From the NCBI RefSeq assembly GCF_000196555.1, contig NC_015067.1:870001-902000 (forward strand): a stretch of DNA of 32,000 nucleotides. The letters run 5' to 3'. Below are positions 8,654 through 17,097 of the stretch, one piece after another. Under the pieces are notes generated by a model that was given only the letters and a program-made list of their open reading frames with translations, had not been told where the DNA came from and did no database searches. Every line of letters starts with the position of its first letter. Within the stretch, counting starts at the first letter, position 1. The stretch is from Bifidobacterium longum subsp. longum JCM 1217 (GTDB taxonomy: Bacteria; Actinomycetota; Actinomycetes; Actinomycetales; Bifidobacteriaceae). Position numbers and translations under genes: made by a program.

Positions 8654-10732
8654 ATGACGTTACCAACAGAAGGAAATGCTGTGACCTCACAGAAAAACGC
8701 GGAACTCGGGTCCGCCACCAGTTCCGTAAAGCCTATTGATCCGCACACCCGATTCATCGTTGTGGGTGTGATCGTCGTCGGCTCGTTCATCGCGCTGCTC
8801 AACCAGACCGTCATGTCACCGGCCTTGCCGGCACTGATGCGTGATTTCAATATCACCACCGGCACCGTGCAGTGGGTGACCAGCGTCTACATGCTGGTCT
8901 CGGGCATCATGGTGCCGATTTCAGGCTATCTGATTGATAAATTCTCCACCCGAAAGCTCTTCGCCGGAGCTCTTGCCACTTTCATGGTCGGCACACTGCT
9001 GTGTGCCGTCGCGCCGAATTTCATGCTGTTGCTCGTCGGGCGCATACTGCAATCCGCCGGCTCCGGCGTGCTGTTGCCATTGGTCGCCGTAGTGCCGATG
9101 CTCGTCTATCCGCCGGATAAGCGCGGCACCGCCATGGGACTGGCCGGTATCGTCATGGCCGCCGGCCCGGCTATCGGCCCGGTTGTCGGTGGTCTGGTGA
9201 TTGACAGTTTCGGATGGCGCCCGATGTTCATTGGCATCGCAGTCGTGGCACTGGTCATCCTTGTCGGAGGCACGATGATGCTCAAGAACGTCAGCGAGTT
9301 GAAGAACCCAAAGCTCAACATCCTGTCCGTGATCCTTTCGACCATCGCGTTCGGTGGCCTGCTTTATGGCTTCTCGTCCGCTTCCACGATGGGATGGAGC
9401 AATCCGGTCGTCATTATCTCAATCGTCGTTGGTCTTGTGGCCTTCGTCGCATTCGTATACAAGCAAGTCAAGCTCGATGAGCCATTGTTGCGCGTTGATA
9501 CCCTTGCCACCCGCAACTTCCGCAACTCCGTGATTCTGGTCACTCTGATCAACGCCGCAGTCGCCGCAACCAACGTGACGTTGCCTATCTTCATCCAGAA
9601 TGTGCTCGGCCAATCCGCCACCGTCACCGGCATGGTCATGCTGCCCGCCGCGGCGGTCGGCATCATCCTGAGTCCGGTCGCCGGCGCCGCATTCGACAAA
9701 TTCGGCCCTCGCGGCGTGGGCATCGGCGGCCTTGCGCTCATGACCATCTCTCTTGGTCTTCTCGGCACCATCAACACCAGGACATCAGTGCTGTTTGTCG
9801 CCGTGTTCTGCGCATTGCAGGCATCCGGTCAGGCTATCGCCAACATGCCGATCAACACTTGGGGCGTCAACGCTTTGCCGAACGACATGATCGCCCATGG
9901 AAACGCCATCGCCAACACCGGCCGCCAGATCGCGGCAGCCATTGCGACCTCGCTTCTGGTCACCGCAGAAACATCCATGACCGCCTCGCACATGTCCCAG
10001 GGTGTGAAGTCCGCCACGGCCAGCGGCATCGCGTTCTCCTACCTGCTGTGCGCCGCCATCTCGCTGGTCGCCCTGATTATCTGCATCTTCACCGTCACCA
10101 GCCGTGCCAAGGAGAAGGACGCGCGCAACGCCAAGGCCTCCGAGGCGCAATCCTCCGCCGAAGTCGCGGCCGAAACCACTGAAGGCCAGCCCGCCGAGCA
10201 TCACTACGCCGGCGCATACGTGGCCCCCGCCGCCTCCCTGTTCAAGCAGGCCCAGGAACAGTCCATCGGCGGAATCATGGACGATCAGCCCTACAGCTGC
10301 CTGGACAGCGATGACATCACGCATGTGGTGCGCGAGTTCATCCGCCTCAACGTCTCCAGCCTTCCCGTGGTGAACGGCAATGGCAGGCTCGTCGGCTTCG
10401 TCAGCGACGGCGATGTCATGAAATCGATTGCCACCTATGAATCCCGTACGGTTTCCACCGGCACCGGTTCGACGATGGTGGTGTTCGACGACGAAACCGT
10501 GGCCTCCAAGGTACAGGCGCTCTCCGGCAAGAAGGTGATGGACATCGCCACGCGCAAGGTCGTTGCCGCCACGCCCGACCAGCATGTCGGAGAGGTGGCC
10601 CGAATCCTCGCCAAGAAGCAGTTCAAGAAACTGCCGGTGGTGGATGGTGATGGCAGACTCGTCGGTGTGATCCGCCGTAAGTCCGTGATGGAACATGCCT
10701 TCGATGCGCTGTTCCCAAAGGATGATCGGTGA
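8654..10732 (+). CDS. MFS transporter, 14-TM DHA2 (EmrB/QacA-like), with a C-terminal tandem CBS pair
   Basis: I count 14 hydrophobic segments. There is an MFS motif-A-like 'GYLIDKFSTRKL' and 'LLVGRILQSAGSG'. After a ~70-aa linker come two CBS-like units: '...LPVVNGNGRLVGFVSDGDVMKSI' and '...LPVVDGDGRLVGVIRRKSVMEHAF'. An alternative start is the GTG at 8681, 4 nt after AGGAAA. Confidence 0.85.
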   Translation: MTLPTEGNAVTSQKNAELGSATSSVKPIDPHTRFIVVGVIVVGSFIALLNQTVMSPALPALMRDFNITTGTVQWVTSVYMLVSGIMVPISGYLIDKFSTRKLFAGALATFMVGTLLCAVAPNFMLLLVGRILQSAGSGVLLPLVAVVPMLVYPPDKRGTAMGLAGIVMAAGPAIGPVVGGLVIDSFGWRPMFIGIAVVALVILVGGTMMLKNVSELKNPKLNILSVILSTIAFGGLLYGFSSASTMGWSNPVVIISIVVGLVAFVAFVYKQVKLDEPLLRVDTLATRNFRNSVILVTLINAAVAATNVTLPIFIQNVLGQSATVTGMVMLPAAAVGIILSPVAGAAFDKFGPRGVGIGGLALMTISLGLLGTINTRTSVLFVAVFCALQASGQAIANMPINTWGVNALPNDMIAHGNAIANTGRQIAAAIATSLLVTAETSMTASHMSQGVKSATASGIAFSYLLCAAISLVALIICIFTVTSRAKEKDARNAKASEAQSSAEVAAETTEGQPAEHHYAGAYVAPAASLFKQAQEQSIGGIMDDQPYSCLDSDDITHVVREFIRLNVSSLPVVNGNGRLVGFVSDGDVMKSIATYESRTVSTGTGSTMVVFDDETVASKVQALSGKKVMDIATRKVVAATPDQHVGEVARILAKKQFKKLPVVDGDGRLVGVIRRKSVMEHAFDALFPKDDR

Positions 10733-10770
10733 TTAGGCGCCATCATCGCTGAATAGAATGAATGGAATAT

Positions 10771-10800
10771 GAGGCTTCCCTTCTCGCGGGGGGAAGCCTC
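10771..10800 (+). terminator. Hairpin terminator after the MFS-CBS gene
   Basis: gaggcttccc (10771-10780) pairs with gggaagcctc (10791-10800), with a 10-nt loop, followed by attgctttg. Confidence 0.6.
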
Positions 10801-11044
10801 ATTGCTTTGTCCGCGGAGTCTTACGGCACCTGCGCAAGGGCAACGTCACGCCTTCATGATACACTATTGAACAGTGTGTTCCTATCGTTGCATGGTGACG
10901 CTAACGCATGGCGTCACGATACTGAAGTCTGCCATCTAACGGCGGGTACGGCTCGTTGCTGGAGTCGTGCACGCATACGCGCGTCGGCGTGCGTATGCCG
11001 TGATGTGACCTTTGTAGTGGAATTGAAGAATTGAGAACACTCGT

Positions 11045-12535
11045 ATGTCTTCTAGTCAAAAAACAACTGAACCAACTGTGCGCGAAACACCCGAGGTTTC
11101 CGACGATGACAATGTGAATGCGCGCGCAGCGGTCCATAGCGCGAACAAACCCGGTGCCGCCTATGCCGCAGCAGTGGCCAATGAGGAATCCGAGCGTGCG
11201 TGGATCCGCCGTGTAGTGCTTCTACTCACTGGCCAGGCGTTCTCACTGCTGGGCTCCAACATCGTGCAATATGCCATCTGGTGGTGGATTGTGATGCAGA
11301 CGAACAGCGGCATGGGTATGCTGCTGGCCACGTTGTTTGGCGTGATGCCGCAGGCGATCGTCTCGATTTTCGGCGGCTCCTGGGCCGACCGTCACAGTCG
11401 CAAGTTGCTGATTATGCTGCCGGATATGGTGATTGCTGTGGTCACCGTCGTGCTGTCGCTGAGCTTCGCGATGGGATGGGTGAGTCTGACCATGATTTTC
11501 GTGGTGCTGTTCATTCGTTCGGCGGGCGGCGGTGTGCAGACGCCCGCTGTGCAGTCGTTCTTACCGGATGTTGTTCCCTCGGGCAAACTATTGCGCGTCA
11601 ACTCAATATACGGCGTGATTAATTCGGCGAATATGATTGTGGCACCTGCGGTGGCTGCTGTGCTTATCAACACAGTGCCGCTGTGGTCGATTCTGTTAGT
11701 CGATGTGACCACGGCCATTATCGGCGTCGGCTTTGTGGCGTTGATCAAAGCGCCGAAGAAGAGCGCGGAACATGTTGCGAGGCGTATGGCTGAAGCGGAG
11801 AATAGCGGGCAACCCGCACTCGAACCGATGTCGGATGCCAATGCTGATCGTTCGCTGATTGCCGGCGTCCGTCGTGTGTTTGCTGACTTGAAAGATGGCT
11901 TCAGCTACACATGGCGCCGGGCGAACCTGCGCAACGTGGTGCTCGGTGACACCTTGGTGTGCTTCGTGGCCGTGGCGCCGATGAACCTTACGCTGTTGCT
12001 CATGACCCGCGAATATGAGGGCATCGATTTGAATCTCGGATTCATCAACCTGACCACCGCCTCCGATAAACTCGCCGCCAACGAGCTGGAATGGAGCATC
12101 GGTATGCTGCTCGGCGGCGCGCTGATGTCTACCATCGGTGCCAAGCTCATCCGCAACAACATGCGCGTGGTCGCCTTCGGCATCACTCTGGTGGGCGTCT
12201 CCGTCGTTGGTCTTGGCGTGGTTCACAATCTGCTGGCGTATTTGCTGATTGATGTGGTGAACGGTTTGGCTTCGGCCATCTGCATGGGCCCGATGCGCAC
12301 CATCATCCAGACCGAGGCCGATGAGAAGATGGTGGGCCGTGTATTCGGCCTTGACACCACCATGAGCACACTCAGCATGCCGCTGGGTATGTTGATCTTC
12401 GCGCCGTTGGCCGACGTGATCCCGATTTCGCTGGTGTTCATCATCGGCGGTGTGCTGACTCTGCCCATCGGCATCTATCTGTTCGGCCAGGCGCGCCACA
12501 ACACCAGTGCACAGGTGACTCGGACACAAGCCTGA
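11045..12535 (+). CDS. MFS transporter (MFS_3 / macrolide-efflux or EntS-like subfamily)
   Basis: 12 predicted TM segments, 'GGSWADRHSRKLLIMLPDMVIAV' after TM2-3, and a central hydrophilic loop. There is an N-terminal ~55-aa hydrophilic extension. Confidence 0.8.
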   Translation: MSSSQKTTEPTVRETPEVSDDDNVNARAAVHSANKPGAAYAAAVANEESERAWIRRVVLLLTGQAFSLLGSNIVQYAIWWWIVMQTNSGMGMLLATLFGVMPQAIVSIFGGSWADRHSRKLLIMLPDMVIAVVTVVLSLSFAMGWVSLTMIFVVLFIRSAGGGVQTPAVQSFLPDVVPSGKLLRVNSIYGVINSANMIVAPAVAAVLINTVPLWSILLVDVTTAIIGVGFVALIKAPKKSAEHVARRMAEAENSGQPALEPMSDANADRSLIAGVRRVFADLKDGFSYTWRRANLRNVVLGDTLVCFVAVAPMNLTLLLMTREYEGIDLNLGFINLTTASDKLAANELEWSIGMLLGGALMSTIGAKLIRNNMRVVAFGITLVGVSVVGLGVVHNLLAYLLIDVVNGLASAICMGPMRTIIQTEADEKMVGRVFGLDTTMSTLSMPLGMLIFAPLADVIPISLVFIIGGVLTLPIGIYLFGQARHNTSAQVTRTQA

Positions 12536-12572
12536 CAGTCGCCTGACAGCCACCTCGCAGGCGCAAAGTCAA

Positions 12573-14273
12573 CTACCCTATTTGCGCATACAGATCGTAA
12601 GATGCATACTTCGGTAGATCGTAGACGGTGATCGAGAATGGTGCGGATCGGCCATTGCCCGGCCAATCCACGAATGTGATATCTCCATAGATGATTGCGT
12701 TCTGTGCGTTGCGCAGTACTAGGGAAATCTTGATTTGCTGCCCATCGGATGGCTTGAATCCGTCTGTTGTGGCGCGGACCTCGCCATTGAACGTCGTGCC
12801 GCCGTCCCTGTTGTCTATTTTGGATGTTCCGCTGATGGGGAAGGTAGCGGTTCCTTGAGCCTCGGTGACGTTGTACGTATCAGGGCTAAGCACAACGAAA
12901 TCTACGGTGGCCGGGGCCGTGCCCTCGCCCGCTTGGCCGGCGTTATATACAGTCTGATTCGGGAATGCCATAATCAGTGTTTGCGTCTGCGAGAACACGA
13001 TGGAACCGCCTTTGGCCCGCCCCGTAATGGTAATCTGCGGATACTGCACCTGCTGGGTCGTACTGGTGTTGCGCAGGGCGAAAGCGTAGTGGACATACCC
13101 TTGCTGGTTCGCCGACCAGCCGGATTCCACTATTTTCAGAGGATTATCGGTGACGGTGTCTTGGCCGTTTCCATCAGCGCCGTCAGTGCCGCCTACTCCG
13201 CCCGTGCCATTGGCATTGTCGGTTCCTGCCCCGTTCGAGGAGTGCCCGCCATCGGCCTTATCGGTTGATTGGCTGCTGGATTGTGTCGAGGAATCGGGTG
13301 ATGTTGCCGACCCGATAATGCCAAGTTGGCCTGCCAACACAATGCCTCCCGCAATAGCGGCGACCACCAGCGCCGCTCCGACGATGGACCACAGCACGAT
13401 GGCGCGTTTGCTCAAGTGCAGACGCCGAAATAGTCGAGACGCCGACGTGACGTCGTTCGTTGTGCTCGGTGATGGCGGATTTGCCGATGATGCGTTCGGC
13501 ATGGGCGGATTGGACTGGGAGAACAGCGCCTGGCGAAACTCCTGGACGCTCTGTGGCCGTTTGCTGGGCTCGAATGCGCACGCATAGCCGATGACGGCGC
13601 GCAGTCGTGCCGGTACTGCGGCATCATCGGCAAGTCGCTGCTCGTAGTCGCTGGCATCGGGATATACGCCGGTCAGCATGAATCCGAGCAGTCGACCAAG
13701 CGAGAACACGTCGGAACGCGCGTCGGTTTTGGCGAAGCCATATTGCTCGGGCGAGGCGAAACCATAAGTGCCAAGCGCCGTGGTGTCCCGCGAGCGATTG
13801 CTTGACGCTGACCATATGCGCGCAATGCCGAAATCGATGAGATGCGCGCCGTCCCGAGCCAGGATGATATTGGCCGGCGTGATGTCGCGGTGGATAACGC
13901 CGTGCTGGTGAAGCTCCTGCACGGCTTCGCAAATTTGGTCGATAAGCTGCACGGCCACATTCGGCGCAAGCCGCCCGTTTTCCTCCACAATTTGCGCAAG
14001 CGTGCTGCCCGGCACGTAATCGTAGACGATGACGAACCGGTCGGGCAGCTCGTACGTCGCTTCCACGCGCGGCAGACGATTACTCTGGCAGGCGCTGAGC
14101 ACCGCCCACACATTGCGTTGCGCTAGGGGAGAGGGAATCTTCTTGCGTACGAACGGGCCGTTGCCGTCAATGCTCACCAGTTCGGTGACGCCGGAAGGTC
14201 CGCGAGCAAGCGTGCGCTCAACATGGTACGCATCGTCGATGCTCATCGCATGCATCGCTTGCTTATCGTCCAT
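12573..14273 (-). CDS. Membrane Ser/Thr protein kinase (Hanks type, atypical catalytic loop) with an extracellular beta-rich C-terminal domain
   Basis: Motifs: FVRKKI (beta-3 Lys), 'HRDITPANIIL', 'IDFGIA', 'GTYGFASPEQ' and 'SDVFSLGRLL'. A TM helix spans about aa 291-320, followed by an S/T/G/D-rich linker and a ~190-aa C-terminal domain. A strong SD (AAGGAGAG) lies 4 nt before the ATG. Confidence 0.85.
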   Translation of the reverse strand: MDDKQAMHAMSIDDAYHVERTLARGPSGVTELVSIDGNGPFVRKKIPSPLAQRNVWAVLSACQSNRLPRVEATYELPDRFVIVYDYVPGSTLAQIVEENGRLAPNVAVQLIDQICEAVQELHQHGVIHRDITPANIILARDGAHLIDFGIARIWSASSNRSRDTTALGTYGFASPEQYGFAKTDARSDVFSLGRLLGFMLTGVYPDASDYEQRLADDAAVPARLRAVIGYACAFEPSKRPQSVQEFRQALFSQSNPPMPNASSANPPSPSTTNDVTSASRLFRRLHLSKRAIVLWSIVGAALVVAAIAGGIVLAGQLGIIGSATSPDSSTQSSSQSTDKADGGHSSNGAGTDNANGTGGVGGTDGADGNGQDTVTDNPLKIVESGWSANQQGYVHYAFALRNTSTTQQVQYPQITITGRAKGGSIVFSQTQTLIMAFPNQTVYNAGQAGEGTAPATVDFVVLSPDTYNVTEAQGTATFPISGTSKIDNRDGGTTFNGEVRATTDGFKPSDGQQIKISLVLRNAQNAIIYGDITFVDWPGNGRSAPFSITVYDLPKYASYDLYAQIG

Positions 14274-14334
14274 GTCTCTCCTTGATGCCCTCTTACTTGC
14301 GTCTCACTGGTGAGTGTTGTTGGGCCGAATGTCG

Positions 14335-14775
14335 TCAATCGGCCGGCAGCAACGTCGCCTCTCCCATACGATACAACTCGTCGTCCGTGGCAATGCGGTC
14401 GAATCCATTGCGTATGCACCAGATGATAATCGCGTCACGTCGCTGTTTGCACCACAGTTCGGAAACGCCTGCAAGACGAAGCAGCCGTTGGGTTTCGCGT
14501 AATGTGCACTTGAGACCAAAAGCCAGCATGATGGCGTGATCTCGGCCGGGGCGGCTTTTGCCGGAGAAAATGTCATAAACCACTGTGGCGTTGAGGCCGG
14601 ATGCCCGCACCACGTCGGCTCGTTTCAGGCCATGGGCTTCCATACGGTCGAACAGATAGTCGGTCAGCGTGCGTGCGCTGACGAGTCCCTCATCGAGATA
14701 CTGCTCAATGCTGGCGCTGGCGAGCAGCCGATCCAGCAGTTCCTCGGTCAAATGTTCTTCGGGGATGTCTGCCAT
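14335..14775 (-). CDS. XRE-like helix-turn-helix protein (146 aa), probably co-transcribed with the kinase
   Basis: HTH-like core 'LKRADVVRASGLNATVVYDIFSGKSRPGRDHAIMLAFGL'. AAGGAG lies 8 nt upstream of the ATG. The gap to the kinase start is 61 nt on the same strand. Confidence 0.7.
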   Translation of the reverse strand: MADIPEEHLTEELLDRLLASASIEQYLDEGLVSARTLTDYLFDRMEAHGLKRADVVRASGLNATVVYDIFSGKSRPGRDHAIMLAFGLKCTLRETQRLLRLAGVSELWCKQRRDAIIIWCIRNGFDRIATDDELYRMGEATLLPAD

Positions 14776-15098
14776 TGCCTATGCTCCTTGTCGCTGTGTT
14801 GCGGGTGCTGTGCTGCGCCATCGTACGCGGTTGCTCGATTCCCAGCGTACAGGACGCCGACTTTTCGGAAACACGCCGAAAAATTCAGTTGTCAGCTGAT
14901 GTATGGCCCGCGCGTGTCGCCGACAATGGTCGATGCCATCCGTGTAGGTGCGGTGGCGGAAAGGATGTTCATGCGCGGTATCAAGCATCGACAATAAAGC
15001 TAACATGCATACAAAATGCTAATTTGCGTACATAATAACAACGCCATACACTGGTTTCGATGTATCGCAGAGCAAAGCGAGCAATAAGAAGGGACGCA

Positions 15099-15212
15099 AT
15101 GATGAGCGAACGATACCGGCTTGCCATGGCAGTCGGATTGACCGTAACGGTTGCCGGGCTTGCCTCTTCTGTGCTGGTAATGCTGCTGCTTAAGGAAAGA
15201 AGGGCATCATGA
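15099..15212 (+). CDS. Candidate 37-aa single-TM micro-protein (MMSERYRLAMAVGLTVTVAGLASSVLVMLLLKERRAS)
   Basis: ATG-ATG at 15099 sits after GAAGGGA. The product has a hydrophobic core flanked by R and KERR. Its TGA stop (15210-15212) overlaps the ATG of the next gene (15209) in an ATGA arrangement, a classic translational-coupling layout. Confidence 0.35.
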   Translation: MMSERYRLAMAVGLTVTVAGLASSVLVMLLLKERRAS

Positions 15213-16753
15213 CAACGCCATTTGATCAACAACCTCAGCCGGTTCCACCGTCCGAAGGCACGAATGACGCACCGGAAGATCGCGCGAATGCGCCTACCGT
15301 GCCGAATACTGTACCGGCTGGCCAACCGAACGTAGCGTCTGATGGTGCTACCACCACTCCGATGGCTCCGGCTACGGCATCGCAGCGGCCCGCCGGCGCG
15401 CCATTTGATCGTGTATATGCGGTCAGTCCGCAACAGCTGTTCCAAGTTATTCACGACCAGCTGACTACTGGCGCCACGTTTACCTTGGATAACGAAAACA
15501 CCCAGACCGGAGCGTTTTCCTTCCACTCCTATGATGGGGTGAACTGCACGCTAACCGTAGTCCCGCAGGGTGCGGCAGGGGCCGCCATTCGTCTGGAGGC
15601 GACTGGAAACGAAAGCGCCAAGCGCGTTGATGAGTTCCTCGCCGCTCTGGACAAGCGTATTGGTGTGGCTCCTGCACCCGCCACACATGGTGCCGGTGCT
15701 GCCACTGGTTTTGCTGGTGCCGCTGCGCCTGCCGTGCTTGCTCCGAATGCACAAGGGGTGAAGAAGACTTCCAAGCTGGCTGTGTTCGCCATTATTTGGG
15801 GAGTGTTGTTCGTACTCGCCCAATTTGTGGATGTTTCTGGCCGATCCTGGGGCGGACTGCTGTTCGCCACGGTGATTCCGGCACTGCTCTCAGGCTTCGC
15901 CGTATACGTGACCCGCCCGAGTGGCAAGGTGCAAGGCCGAGTGCTGGCCTGGGTGGCAGTCGGTATCACCGTTGTGGGTCTGGTAATCGGTGGCGTGTTC
16001 GTAATTCGTGACGATGCGAAGGCCAAGGCTGATCGGGCGGAATTGGAAGCATCGCTCGCCACCAAGTGCGAAGCATATTCATGGCCGGAGTCGGATATCG
16101 CGGCGCTGCTGCCGCAGCCGAAATCCACAAAGGGTGAAATTAAAAGCGAGTCTTCGGACTATTTCTCCATCGAGGTGTGCGGTACCGACGCCAAGCAGTA
16201 TGCCGACTACGTCAAGTCCGTGCAAGACAACGGTTTCACCGTGGACTATAGCAAGTCCGCTGACAGTTTCAATGCCAAGAACGCCGATGGATACAGTGTG
16301 AGCGTTTCTCGTAACACTGACGACGAGACCATCATGTCCATCACTATCCAGGTTCCGGAAAAGAAGGAAGATACGTCTACGGACGGCGACGCCGCGAAAC
16401 AGGATGATAAGAGCACTGGTACGGGCACTGATTCCAGCGATGCCAACAAGCAGAGCGACCAGTCTTCGGATCAGAAGGCGCAGCAGAACACCAATGACAG
16501 TGCTGACTTCAAGGCCACGATGGACAGCTACGAGGCCTTTATCGATGAGTATGTTGCCTTCATGAACAAATATCAGAAATCCGACAACGTGGTCAGCATG
16601 GCTACCGACTATGCCAGCATGATGAAGCGTTACTCTGAGTTCTCCCAGAAGGTAGACGCCATTGACGAAAACTCCCTCAGCAGTGAGGATTCGGCCTACT
16701 ACACCGAGGTCATGACTCGATGCACGCAGAAGCTCGCATCGGTGGGCCAGTGA
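15209..16753 (+). CDS. Membrane protein: Pro-rich N-terminus, small cytoplasmic domain, 3 TM segments, two extracytoplasmic domains
   Basis: TM segments at about aa 189-207, 215-234 and 245-266. aa 285-385 ('YSWPESDIAALLPQPKSTKGEIKSESSDYFSIEV...GFTVDYSKS') and aa 433-514 ('FKATMDSYEAFIDEYVAFMNKYQKSD...') resemble domains I recall from Firmicutes lipoproteins, possibly DUF6591. That recollection is from memory and unverified. Confidence 0.75.
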   Translation: MTTPFDQQPQPVPPSEGTNDAPEDRANAPTVPNTVPAGQPNVASDGATTTPMAPATASQRPAGAPFDRVYAVSPQQLFQVIHDQLTTGATFTLDNENTQTGAFSFHSYDGVNCTLTVVPQGAAGAAIRLEATGNESAKRVDEFLAALDKRIGVAPAPATHGAGAATGFAGAAAPAVLAPNAQGVKKTSKLAVFAIIWGVLFVLAQFVDVSGRSWGGLLFATVIPALLSGFAVYVTRPSGKVQGRVLAWVAVGITVVGLVIGGVFVIRDDAKAKADRAELEASLATKCEAYSWPESDIAALLPQPKSTKGEIKSESSDYFSIEVCGTDAKQYADYVKSVQDNGFTVDYSKSADSFNAKNADGYSVSVSRNTDDETIMSITIQVPEKKEDTSTDGDAAKQDDKSTGTGTDSSDANKQSDQSSDQKAQQNTNDSADFKATMDSYEAFIDEYVAFMNKYQKSDNVVSMATDYASMMKRYSEFSQKVDAIDENSLSSEDSAYYTEVMTRCTQKLASVGQ

Positions 16754-16806
16754 TCAGACTGGCGTATCGAGGTAACGGTTTTCCAAGAAAGGAACGATGA
16801 CGATAC

Positions 16807-17043
16807 ATGGGTATACGCGGCAGACAGTACACGCCAATGGATGAGCCGGTCTTCAACAAGGCCATCCCCGGAACGGAGGCTCTGGCCGGGGCGCTGAAGG
16901 ACACTTTTGGCGCATTCCGTAGTGGGCTTGGGATTACCGAACCCGTGGTTTCGGTGAATTGCGAAGGTTGTGGCGCTCCGCTTTCCGGTCATCGCAAAGA
17001 AGTCGTTCGATGCGAATACTGCGATCGCGAAACGCAGCTATAA
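16807..17043 (+). CDS. Small zinc-ribbon protein (78 aa)
   Basis: The C-terminus carries CEGC-N13-CEYC. It lies 53 nt after the previous gene. An AAAGGAA sits 12 nt upstream of the ATG, which is rather far for an SD. The start is uncertain. Confidence 0.55.
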   Translation: MGIRGRQYTPMDEPVFNKAIPGTEALAGALKDTFGAFRSGLGITEPVVSVNCEGCGAPLSGHRKEVVRCEYCDRETQL

Positions 17044-17061
17044 CCAACATGCCAGCATAAC

Positions 17062-17097
17062 GGCCGGTCTTGCGATTGCATAGTCGCAAGATCGGCC
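17062..17097 (+). promoter_or_regulatory. Intercistronic hairpin between the zinc-ribbon and SPFH genes
   Basis: ggccggtcttgcga (17062-17075) pairs with tcgcaagatcggcc (17084-17097): 14 bp including one G.U, with an 8-nt loop. No U-tract follows. Confidence 0.5.

Noticed and set aside
10762-11034. Track ORF 10762..11034 (90 aa) in the gap between the two MFS genes, and small inverted repeats there (ACACT-N7-AGTGT at 10861-10877; GTGACGC-N9-GCGTCAC at 10895-10917).
   Set aside because: The ORF has no SD, spans the terminator hairpin and has no recognisable motifs. The inverted repeats are short (5-7 bp) and could be operators, but they are not distinguishable from chance by eye.
12530-12551. 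Tandem 11-bp duplication GCCTGACAGTC-GCCTGACAGCC at the stop codon of the second MFS gene.
   Set aside because: It is real in the sequence, but only two short copies are present. It is most simply a small slippage duplication in a 37-bp convergent spacer, and no functional inference is possible.
14981-15526. Minus-strand ORF 14981..15526 (181 aa), which spans the divergent promoter region and the 5' end of the 514-aa gene.
   Set aside because: It is Arg-rich with no motifs. It runs through the AT-rich promoter patch and is antisense to a better-supported gene start.
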